In this document: piece after piece, positions 18,508-25,637 of the stretch | Position numbering within the stretch: position 1 is the stretch's first letter | How the letters are laid out: every line of letters starts with the position of its first letter | Origin: Bryobacteraceae bacterium | Lineage (GTDB): Bacteria; Acidobacteriota; Terriglobia; Bryobacterales; Bryobacteraceae | Assembly (NCBI GenBank): GCA_041490325.1 | Contig: JBGPSX010000001.1 | Coordinates: 1 to 39,439 of the forward strand | Direction: 5' to 3' | Length of the DNA: 39,439 nucleotides | Translations under genes and position numbers: made by a program | The notes under the pieces: model-generated | Database searches by the model: none | The model's input: only the letters and a program-made list of their open reading frames with translations | Told to the model about the DNA's origin: nothing

Positions 18508-18845
18508 GACTTCTCCGGGACCGCTTTCAAGACGCCAATCACGCCTTCGCTCAGGCGCGCCCAGTTGTCCGTTTCCGCCTTCAGTTGCCGGCGGCCTTCG
18601 GCTGTCAGGCGGTAGAACTTGGCTTTGCGGTTATTGTCACTCTCGCCCCATTCCGCTTTGATTAGTCCGCGATGCTCGAGCCGATACAGAGCCGGATACA
18701 GCGATCCTTGCTGGATCGCTAGGCGTCCCTCGGAGAGTTGTTGGATCCGCAGCAGGATCCCGTAGCCGTGCATGGGCTCGAGTGAGACCGATTTCAAAAT
18801 CAGCATGTCGAGCGTGCCTTGCAGCAAGTCTGGTTGTTTGCCCAT
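18504..18845 (-). CDS. PadR-family transcriptional regulator (acidobacterial PadR type)
   Basis: [33 protein letters not shown]...[20 protein letters not shown]...[13 protein letters not shown] is a PadR winged helix. ATG 18845 is preceded by GAGGGA. The longer ORF reaching 18902 was judged to be an extension. Confidence 0.9.
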   Translation of the reverse strand: MGKQPDLLQGTLDMLILKSVSLEPMHGYGILLRIQQLSEGRLAIQQGSLYPALYRLEHRGLIKAEWGESDNNRKAKFYRLTAEGRRQLKAETDNWARLSEGVIGVLKAVPEKS

Positions 18846-18972
18846 TCTCTTTCCCTCAAGGAGATTGCCGAGAACAACGAGTCTTTCCCAAGCCATCGCC
18901 ACGTGTTTCTAGGCGTTTGGGGTAAGCCCGCGGCGCCTGGCTTGTCCAACGTCTCGTGATACTGCCCGGCAA

Positions 18973-19028
18973 TCTCCTAGATTGTCTAGGAAGGAGTGTA
19001 ACCGGTCTCTCCTAGATTGTCAAGGAGT
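18973..19028. repeat. Two operator-like direct repeats, TCTCCTAGATTGTC(TAGG)AAGGAGT, with a 35-bp period; each contains a dyad
   Basis: The 14/14 identical core is at 18973-18986 and 19008-19021. Repeat 1 contains CCTAGA-ttg-TCTAGG (18976-18990). Repeat 2 contains CTCCT-N9-AGGAG (19009-19027). Both lie upstream of PadR. Confidence 0.7.
18995..19023 (-). promoter_or_regulatory. Candidate sigma70-type promoter of the PadR-ADOP operon: -35 TTGACA, 17-nt spacer, -10 TACACT
   Basis: The minus strand reads TTGACA (19023->19018), ATCTAGGAGAGACCGGT (17 nt), then TACACT (19000->18995). The predicted TSS is near 18988, about 140 nt upstream of the PadR ATG. Confidence 0.45.
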
Positions 19029-19043
19029 ACGTGGTCCGGCTTG

Positions 19044-19065
19044 GCGTTCACACGAGTGTGAACGC
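19044..19065 (-). terminator. 22-nt palindrome GCGTTCACAC-GA-GTGTGAACGC downstream of pntB (possible U-tract-less terminator or a protein-binding dyad)
   Basis: 10-bp arms are read directly. It lies 40 nt beyond the pntB stop codon and has no following T-run, so intrinsic-terminator status is weak. Confidence 0.3.
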
Positions 19066-19070
19066 GGCAC

Positions 19071-19095
19071 GCAGGAGTGCGTCGCAGGAGTGCGT
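19071..19095. repeat. Tandem duplication GCAGGAGTGCGT-c-GCAGGAGTGCGT
   Basis: Two identical 12-mers at 19071-19082 and 19084-19095. On the minus strand each unit can form CGCA-CTCC-TGCG mini-hairpins, and GCACGCA...TGCGTGC pairs around them. Confidence 0.6.
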
Positions 19096-19104
19096 GCGCC
19101 ACGG

Positions 19105-20517
19105 TTACGCGGCCCGGCCGACTGCGCCTAGTTCCTTGACGATATTGGAGAGGAATGCCTTCGCATCACCGAACAGCATCATGGTGTTGGGCATATAGTA
19201 CAAGTCGTTGTCGATGCCGGCAAAGCCCGGGCTCATGCTGCGCTTGATCACCATCACGGTGTGCGCTTTGTACGCCTGAATGATCGGCATGCCGGCGATG
19301 GGGCTCTTGGGGTCAGTCTCGGCGCCGGGATTGACCACGTCATTCGCGCCGATGATCAGCGCAACATCGGCCATGGGCATTTCCGGATTGATATCGTCCA
19401 TCTCGCGCAGTTTGTCGTACGGCACATCGGCCTCGGCCAGCAGCACGTTCATGTGCCCCGGCATCCGGCCGGCCACGGGGTGGATCGCAAATTGAACATC
19501 CACGCCGCGCTTGGTGAGGATCTCGTACATCTCGCGCAGTTTATGCTGAGCTTGCGCGACTGCCATTCCATATCCAGGAATCACGACCACCGTGCGCGCG
19601 GAATCGAGGATCTGCGCCGCTTCCTCGGCGCTGGCGGAACGATAAGGCCGGGCTTCGGATTTCGTGGCGGTGGTTTGCAGTTGCCCGAATGCTCCGAACA
19701 AAACGTTGCTGAACGATCGGTTCATCGCGCGGCACATGATGATGGCAAGAATAAAGCCGGAGGATCCATCCAATGCGCCGGCCACGATGAGCAGCTTATT
19801 GTCGAGCACAAATCCCATGGCGCTAGCCGAAAGACCCGCGTAGGAATTGAGCAAAGCGATCACTGTTGGCATGTCCGCGCCGCCGATCGGAATGATCAGG
19901 AGCACGCCGAACGTCAAAGAAAGCACTACGAAGATGGGAAATAGAATGGTCTGCTCAGGTCTAGCGATCAGGGCGATGCCGATCACCGCCGCTGCCGAGA
20001 AGATTCCCAAGTTAACGATGTTTTGTCCCCGGTAGGTGATCGGCCGCTGAGGAAGTACCTCCTGGAGTTTTCCGAACGCCATGAGACTGGCGGTGAAGGT
20101 CAGGAATCCGAGCAGAGTTTCCAGCACCAGCGCCGTCATCTCGGCTGGCGTCATCGGCGCGCCCAGATTGATCTGCTTGTAGTATTCGGCTGTACCGATC
20201 AGCGCCGATGCGAGCGCGCCACAAGCGTGCGAAAACGCCGTCCGCTGCGGGACAGCGGTCATCGGCATGATGTAGGCTATGGGAACACCGATTGCCGCGC
20301 CGAGGAAGAAGGCGATGAAGATCCACTGGTAAGTCACTACCTCAAATCGCAGCAAGGTGCCGACTACCGCGAGCAGCATGCCGATCTCGCCGATAATGAC
20401 TCCCCGCCGCGCCGTGGCCGGCGAGTTCATCCATTTGATGGCCAGAATGAAGCTCATGGCCGCCAGCATGTAGATGAACGGGAGAACGTTCTCGTCGAGA
20501 TAGTGGACTGCGCTCAT
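19105..20517 (-). CDS. pntB: NAD(P) transhydrogenase subunit beta
   Basis: MSAVHYLDENVLPFIYMLAAMSFILAIKWMNSPATARRG, a polytopic N-terminal half, and the C-terminal dIII NADP(H) domain (VVIPGYGMAVAQAQH...HPVAGRMPGHMNVLLAEA...IIGANDVVNP). ATG 20517 overlaps the pntAB stop (ATGA). Confidence 0.95.
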   Translation of the reverse strand: MSAVHYLDENVLPFIYMLAAMSFILAIKWMNSPATARRGVIIGEIGMLLAVVGTLLRFEVVTYQWIFIAFFLGAAIGVPIAYIMPMTAVPQRTAFSHACGALASALIGTAEYYKQINLGAPMTPAEMTALVLETLLGFLTFTASLMAFGKLQEVLPQRPITYRGQNIVNLGIFSAAAVIGIALIARPEQTILFPIFVVLSLTFGVLLIIPIGGADMPTVIALLNSYAGLSASAMGFVLDNKLLIVAGALDGSSGFILAIIMCRAMNRSFSNVLFGAFGQLQTTATKSEARPYRSASAEEAAQILDSARTVVVIPGYGMAVAQAQHKLREMYEILTKRGVDVQFAIHPVAGRMPGHMNVLLAEADVPYDKLREMDDINPEMPMADVALIIGANDVVNPGAETDPKSPIAGMPIIQAYKAHTVMVIKRSMSPGFAGIDNDLYYMPNTMMLFGDAKAFLSNIVKELGAVGRAA

Positions 20518-20810
20518 TTCTTCTCCGGCGCTCGCTTCTTGAACATCTTGAGCATGCGATCGGTGATCAAGTAGCCGCTGACAGCATTCAGAGTGGCCAA
20601 CAGCACGGCCGAGAATCCAAGAATGAGGGTCAGGGTACTGGCGCCTTTTTCTCCAGTAAGCAGGATGGCGCCGACCACTGTGATCGCCGAGATGGCATTG
20701 GTCAACGACATCAGCGGCGTATGCAGCAGGGGTGACACGCCACGAATCAATTGAAAACCGAGGAATGCCGCCAGCATGAACACCCACAGACCGAATTCGT
20801 ACGATTTCAT
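20514..20810 (-). CDS. pntAB: NAD(P) transhydrogenase subunit alpha part 2 (membrane dII segment)
   Basis: 98-aa protein with 3 TM segments. FMLAAFLGFQLIRGVSPLLHTPLMSLTNAISAITVVGA is the conserved PntAB motif. Confidence 0.9.
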   Translation of the reverse strand: MKSYEFGLWVFMLAAFLGFQLIRGVSPLLHTPLMSLTNAISAITVVGAILLTGEKGASTLTLILGFSAVLLATLNAVSGYLITDRMLKMFKKRAPEKK

Positions 20811-20814
20811 TTCT

Positions 20815-21999
20815 TCACCTTCCTTCAGCTACCTGAGCCGCGGGCGATAAACCAGCTAGCTCACTCACCCGTGGATGAACAATTTCGTTGCCGTGGGTCA
20901 CCAGGGTTTCGCGGATAATCTCGTCCTCGCGATTCAGGGTGAATGCGCCGTCCTTGACCATCAGCTTCAGAAACGCTGCGACGTTAGAGCCATACATCTG
21001 GCTGGCGTGAAAGGGTATCGCGGACGGAAGATTGACCGGTCCCATGATGCTGATGCCGTTGTGAACCACGGTTTGGCCTGGATGCGTCAACTCACAATTG
21101 CCGCCACGCTCGGCGGCGATGTCGACAATCACCGAGCCGGGAGCAAGCGCACTGGCCATCTCCGCCGTGATCAGTGTCGGCGCCTTCTTGCCGGGAACGG
21201 CGGCCGTGGTGATGACGACATCCTGCTCGCGCAGCACTTGGGTGAGCAATTCCCTCTGCCGCCGATAAAAATCCTCGCCCATCGCCTTGGCGTAGCCGCC
21301 TTTGTCCTCCGAAGTACCGGTCTCGAGATCCAGCACGACGAACTTCGCGCCCAGGCTCTCCACCTGTTCCTTCACCGCGGTCCGAACATCGTATCCGTAT
21401 ACGACGGCGCCCATGCGGCGTGCGGTCGCGATAGCTTGCAGGCCCGCTACGCCGACTCCCAAAATCAGAACCCGAGCCGGAGTGATGGTGCCGGCGGCAG
21501 TCATCATCATGGGAAACATCTTTGGAAGCGTGGTCGCAGCCAGCAGAACCGCTCGATAGCCGGAAATGCTGGCCATGGAGGAGAGCGCATCCATGCTCTG
21601 GGCGCGCGTGATGCGTGGCATTAATTCCATGGCGAGGAATGACACGCCGTGGCGCGCCAATTGGACATCTTCCTGAATGGCCGTCAGCGGTTCGCCGAAT
21701 CCAATGAGCGTCTGGCCGCTACGGAAGCTCGCAAGATCCGCGCTGCCGGCGTCGGGATTGGCGCCCAATGCGCGCACTTGCACGATGATGTCGGATTGCG
21801 CAAATACGTCCGGCCGGCTGGCAGCACGAGCGCCTCGCGCCGCGTATTGATCGTCCAGGAACCCAGCTTCGGCGCCCGCGGAATGCTCCACTACGACGCT
21901 CGCTCCCAACTTCCCCAATGCCTCGCACGCACGCGGAGTTAGCGCGACACGGCGCTCACCGGGAAACGTTTCCCGCGGAACTCCTATCGTCACGGCCAC
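20815..21999 (-). CDS. pntAA: NAD(P) transhydrogenase subunit alpha part 1 (dI, alanine-dehydrogenase-like)
   Basis: IGVPRETFPGERRVALTP, the Rossmann motif VLILGVGVAGLQAIATARRMGAVV, and TAAVPGKKAP. GTG start at 21999 with GGAGG 6 nt upstream. Confidence 0.95.
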   Translation of the reverse strand: MAVTIGVPRETFPGERRVALTPRACEALGKLGASVVVEHSAGAEAGFLDDQYAARGARAASRPDVFAQSDIIVQVRALGANPDAGSADLASFRSGQTLIGFGEPLTAIQEDVQLARHGVSFLAMELMPRITRAQSMDALSSMASISGYRAVLLAATTLPKMFPMMMTAAGTITPARVLILGVGVAGLQAIATARRMGAVVYGYDVRTAVKEQVESLGAKFVVLDLETGTSEDKGGYAKAMGEDFYRRQRELLTQVLREQDVVITTAAVPGKKAPTLITAEMASALAPGSVIVDIAAERGGNCELTHPGQTVVHNGISIMGPVNLPSAIPFHASQMYGSNVAAFLKLMVKDGAFTLNREDEIIRETLVTHGNEIVHPRVSELAGLSPAAQVAEGR

Positions 22000-22173
22000 G
22001 ACTTGCCTCCATCAACACAAGGTTGTTGAGAAAATTCTTTCTGTATCACGATTCATCGCGACGATCGGGCGTCACGGCAGCGAGCTGCGCGGATGAGCAA
22101 CAGCCCTTTAGAGATGATACTCCGCCGGGCGGCTCGAGGGCACTCAATGGCCCCAAGTTGTTGAATACCAAGC

Positions 22174-23376
22174 CTACCTGGATGCGGCTAGTTGGGCCTC
22201 GACCTGCTTGATGGCTTTTGCGAAGTCGTCCGCGGTGTAAATGGTCAACGTCTTCCCGTGCAATCGCTTGAGTGCGAATTCGATCGAATCCGGGAAGTCC
22301 GCGCTTCGGCGCAGGCGAGGATTGGCATTGCCACCCGCGATGTCGTAGTTCATGACGGCCGGGAGCCGCAGGTAGGGCCGGTATTGGAGGTAGAAAAAGG
22401 GCGGGGCCGAGCTATGTTCCTCGAGCGCTGCTTGCGGAACCTTGTCCGAATAGCGCGTTGCGGGCCCAAGAAAAACAACTGCGTCCGAAGGATTTTGAGC
22501 CCGCAGTTCTTGATTCACCAAATCGGCCAGCAGATCGACGTGTCCCAAACGTTTCTCCAACACTCGATAATCCACCAGGCGTAATTCCATGCTGCTCATG
22601 GATTGGGATACCTGGTCGAAAGTGTCCGGTGTGAAGGTGTCCTGCCGGAACAGTTCTTTTTGTTGATCCAGATTGAAAACAACCAGACGAACCGATCGAG
22701 CCGGAATGCTCTCGAGCAGCGATGCCAGCGATCCGAGCAACATGATCCGATCCTGAACTCTAAAGCGGATGGAGCCGGGAGAAAGAGGCGCGGCGTGCAA
22801 CAGCACGGTCAGCCGGCGGAGTGTGGGGACGTCTGGCGCCGCCGATTCCTTTGGCGCCCAACGCCGAAAGGACACGGGCGCAATCGCATTTGAGGGCATT
22901 CCGACACCGAGGCCGCGCTCAGCGGTGTTCAGTTTGGCCTCGATGTGCCAACTCTTCCGGCATATCCGGTTGGAGTTGTCGTACAAAATCCAATCCACGC
23001 GATAGCGTCCCTCGCCGACCATGTACGTGCCTCCCCATTCCGCCACGACTTTCGTCTTGGGAATATTGGGCAATCGGAACGTAGTTCCGAGGTACACGGG
23101 AGAGCCGCCCGCATCCGGCGTCACCTTCGTCAGAATTCCCCATTCATGCCCCGGGCCGAAGTATTGTTTCAATGGCACACGGAACACGTAGCCGGTCTGG
23201 AAGCGAAGGCTGAAGCTCAATCGCGGGGGAAACGGATTGACCTCACAACGTAACGGCTTGTCTCCAGGTTGGGGCGCGAGGTATTTCTCAAAGAGCGCAG
23301 TCTTGGTCGGATCCATTAGAGTCTGGCCGTTGATTGCGGCGCCGACCAGGATGCCGGCGAGGAACAAGCGCATCAT
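22174..23376 (-). CDS. Secreted hypothetical protein (N-terminal beta-rich domain plus a possible degenerate VWA/Rossmann-like C-terminal domain)
   Basis: MMRLFLAGILVGAAINGQ signal. The C-terminal half alternates hydrophobic strands and helices (RLTVLLHAAP..., VRLVVFNLDQQKE..., DAVVFLGPATR) but has no clear MIDAS DxSxS motif. No confident family was recognised. Confidence 0.6.
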   Translation of the reverse strand: MMRLFLAGILVGAAINGQTLMDPTKTALFEKYLAPQPGDKPLRCEVNPFPPRLSFSLRFQTGYVFRVPLKQYFGPGHEWGILTKVTPDAGGSPVYLGTTFRLPNIPKTKVVAEWGGTYMVGEGRYRVDWILYDNSNRICRKSWHIEAKLNTAERGLGVGMPSNAIAPVSFRRWAPKESAAPDVPTLRRLTVLLHAAPLSPGSIRFRVQDRIMLLGSLASLLESIPARSVRLVVFNLDQQKELFRQDTFTPDTFDQVSQSMSSMELRLVDYRVLEKRLGHVDLLADLVNQELRAQNPSDAVVFLGPATRYSDKVPQAALEEHSSAPPFFYLQYRPYLRLPAVMNYDIAGGNANPRLRRSADFPDSIEFALKRLHGKTLTIYTADDFAKAIKQVEAQLAASR

Positions 23377-23391
23377 TCACCATTATCAGGT

Positions 23392-23497
23392 GAAATTGGG
23401 GACAGTACACTCAATTCCCGATTTCCCGACTGGGCGCGATGCAAACACAGGGGTACCGCACGAGAAATCGGGAATTGAGTGTACTGTCCCTAATTTC
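23392..23497. repeat. 106-nt element with 34-nt inverted arms (33/34 complementary; the exception is a G.T pair) around a 38-nt loop; MITE/REP-like or a structured RNA
   Basis: Left arm 23392-23425: GAAATTGGGGACAGTACACTCAATTCCCGATTTC. Right arm 23464-23497: GAAATCGGGAATTGAGTGTACTGTCCCTAATTTC. It sits in the 160-nt divergent spacer between 23376 (-) and 23537 (+). Confidence 0.9.
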
Positions 23498-23536
23498 CAG
23501 TTTTGGTGTGGCAACCTGGAGTAGGACAGACTTCGA

Positions 23537-25204
23537 ATGGCTATTAGCCTTATGGCCGGGCAACCAGCGCGTCGGCAGAACCTGGTCGACCTCTCGCGTT
23601 TGCTCACAGCGTACTTTACCGAGCAGCCTGATCCACAGGTTCCCGCCCAGCAGGTTTCATTCGGAACATCGGGACATCGTGGCTCCTCTCTCCGTCGAGC
23701 TTTCAACGAGTGGCATATTCTGGCGATCAGCCAGGCGATCTGTCTCTATCGGCAGCAACAGGGGATCAATGGTCCGCTGTTTCTCGGAATCGATACGCAT
23801 CCGTTGTCGGGGCCGGCTCGGATGAGTGCGCTCGAAGTGCTGGCCGCAAACGATGTTCCCCTGATGATTGCGCCGGACGGCGAATACACGCCCACTCCGG
23901 CCATTTCTCATTCGATCCTGAATTACAACCGGGGGCGGCAGTCGGGATTGGCGGATGGCATCGTCGTCACTCCTTCGCACAATCCTCCCGAGGACGGCGG
24001 TTTCAAGTACAACCCGCCGCACGGCGGACCCGCCGATAGCTCGATCACATCGTTTATCCAGGCCCGGGCGAACGAGTTTCTGAAGAACAAACTGGCCGGT
24101 GTGAAGCGAGTCTTCTTTGAAGCAGCGCTCAAGGCGCCGAGTACCCAGCGGCACGATTACATAAACGAGTACGTCGGCGATCTACGTAACGTGATCGATC
24201 TAGATGCAATAAAGGGCGCGGGGCTAAAGCTGGGCGTCGACCCGATGGGTGGCGCCGGCGTGCACTATTGGCAACCCATCGCCGACCGCTACGGGCTCAA
24301 TCTGACCGTTGTCAACGAGATTGTCGATCCGACTTTCAGTTTCATGTCGCTCGATTGGGATGGCCGAATCAGGATGGATCCATCGTCTCCGTATGTCATG
24401 CGCCGGCTGGTCGACCTGAAGGACAAGTACGACGTCGCGTTTGCCTGCGATACCGACCATGACCGGCACGGCATCGTCACACGTAGCTCGGGCTTGCTGG
24501 CGCCCAACCACTACTTGTCGGTTTGCGTTCAGTATCTTTTCGCGAATCGTGGCGCTTGGAGCGTGGAGGCTAAAGTTGGCAAGACGGTTGTGAGCAGCAG
24601 CATGATAGACCGTGTCGCAGCCAGGTTAGGACGCAAGGTCTACGAAGTACCGGTTGGCTTCAAGTGGTTTGTGGATGGGCTGCTTTCCGGCGATCTCGGC
24701 TTTGCCGGCGAAGAGAGCGCAGGCGCATCGTTTCTCGCGCGGGATGGTTCGGTGTGGAGCACGGATAAGGACGGGATGATCGCGGCATTGCTCTCGGCGG
24801 AAATCACGGCGCGCATGGGGCGAGATCCAGGCGAGATATACGCCGGGTTAGAGCGAGAGCATGGCAAGTCGTATTTCGAACGAATGGACGCGCCGGCTAA
24901 TGCCGAGCAGCGGGCTGCGCTCGGCCGGCTAGCGCCTCGAGATATCTCTGCTTCCGAACTGGCGGGCGAAAAGATCCAGCACATTCTGACAAAGGCGCCC
25001 GGCAACGGCAGCCCAATCGGCGGACTCAAGTGCATTGCGGAGACTGGATGGTTCGCCGCGCGTCCGTCCGGCACAGAAGATGTCTACAAGATCTATGCCG
25101 AGAGTTTTCGCGGTCCCGATCACCTGGCGCGCATTCAACAAGAAGCGCAGGCTATCGTCTCGAAGGTCCTCGACGAAGTAGCCATTCCCGGAGCCCAAAG
25201 ATGA
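23537..25204 (+). CDS. pgm: Phosphoglucomutase, alpha-D-glucose-phosphate specific
   Basis: MAISLMAGQPA...LVDLSRLLTAYF is an N-terminus like enterobacterial Pgm. GTSGHRG, the active-site TPSHNPPEDGGFKYNPPHGGPA, DTDHDRHGIV (metal loop), and GEESAGASF. Confidence 0.95.
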   Translation: MAISLMAGQPARRQNLVDLSRLLTAYFTEQPDPQVPAQQVSFGTSGHRGSSLRRAFNEWHILAISQAICLYRQQQGINGPLFLGIDTHPLSGPARMSALEVLAANDVPLMIAPDGEYTPTPAISHSILNYNRGRQSGLADGIVVTPSHNPPEDGGFKYNPPHGGPADSSITSFIQARANEFLKNKLAGVKRVFFEAALKAPSTQRHDYINEYVGDLRNVIDLDAIKGAGLKLGVDPMGGAGVHYWQPIADRYGLNLTVVNEIVDPTFSFMSLDWDGRIRMDPSSPYVMRRLVDLKDKYDVAFACDTDHDRHGIVTRSSGLLAPNHYLSVCVQYLFANRGAWSVEAKVGKTVVSSSMIDRVAARLGRKVYEVPVGFKWFVDGLLSGDLGFAGEESAGASFLARDGSVWSTDKDGMIAALLSAEITARMGRDPGEIYAGLEREHGKSYFERMDAPANAEQRAALGRLAPRDISASELAGEKIQHILTKAPGNGSPIGGLKCIAETGWFAARPSGTEDVYKIYAESFRGPDHLARIQQEAQAIVSKVLDEVAIPGAQR

Positions 25205-25637
25205 TCATGCACAACGGCGGGATGGAGAAGTAGCCCCGATATCCGGCGGCCACCGACGAAGGCGGCGCGACGTTCAAGTCTCCCGCGACTCGGCCTTCGT
25301 AGCTCGCGCTCTTCACGGCGGCCGTGAAGCTGTGCCGGCCTGCGGTGTGCAGATCCATGGTAGTGGCATAAAGAAGCTTGTTCTGAGCCTGGTCGCGTGT
25401 AGCGTGCAACGCGACGCCATCGTCCAACTGGATTGAAACTCTGGCATCGAGAACGGGCTCGAGCGTGCCGCGCGACTGAATCAGAACGCTGAAATCGACC
25501 GGTCCTACACGAAGGGGCGCCGGTGCGAATACGGTGACGATGAACGGACCGGCATCGCGCTGAAATTGAACCGCGCCTCCGTCGGCGAAGGCCAACGGAG
25601 ACACGGCGAAGAGCGATATGAGGGCGAGGTAACGCAT
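25152..25637 (-). CDS. Small exported Ig-like protein with a C-terminal TM anchor; FixH/YtkA-like (tentative)
   Basis: Signal MRYLALISLFAVSPLAFA. The beta-sandwich-like pattern (FIVTVFAPAPLRVGPVDFSVLIQ...VSIQLDDG...YATTMDLHTAGRHSFTAAV) resembles the FixH/YtkA fold. ATG 25637 shares a base with the upstream TGA. The 3' end overlaps pgm by 53 nt. Confidence 0.5.
   Translation of the reverse strand: MRYLALISLFAVSPLAFADGGAVQFQRDAGPFIVTVFAPAPLRVGPVDFSVLIQSRGTLEPVLDARVSIQLDDGVALHATRDQAQNKLLYATTMDLHTAGRHSFTAAVKSASYEGRVAGDLNVAPPSSVAAGYRGYFSIPPLCMIIFGLREWLLRRGPSRR

Noticed and set aside
19071-19095. Tandem 12-mer considered as a possible CRISPR or VNTR
   Set aside because: There are only two units separated by 1 nt, with no spacers and no cas genes in the window. 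It was kept only as a small repeat feature.
20518-20787. 90-codon N-terminal extension of the pntB ORF
   Set aside because: It overlaps pntAB in another frame. The conserved PntB N-terminus begins at MSAVHYLDEN (ATG 20517), which forms an ATGA overlap with the pntAB stop.
19261-21624. Plus-strand ORFs of 183-249 aa across the pnt operon
   Set aside because: They are antisense to the highly conserved pntAA/pntAB/pntB genes. They are shadow ORFs.
23237-23706. ORFs 23237-23524 (+, 95 aa) and 23386-23706 (-, 106 aa) spanning the hairpin element
   Set aside because: Both translate the inverted repeat (GTVHSIPDF / IECTVPNF on both strands), which is the signature of a palindromic DNA element read as protein. 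They overlap real gene ends and starts.
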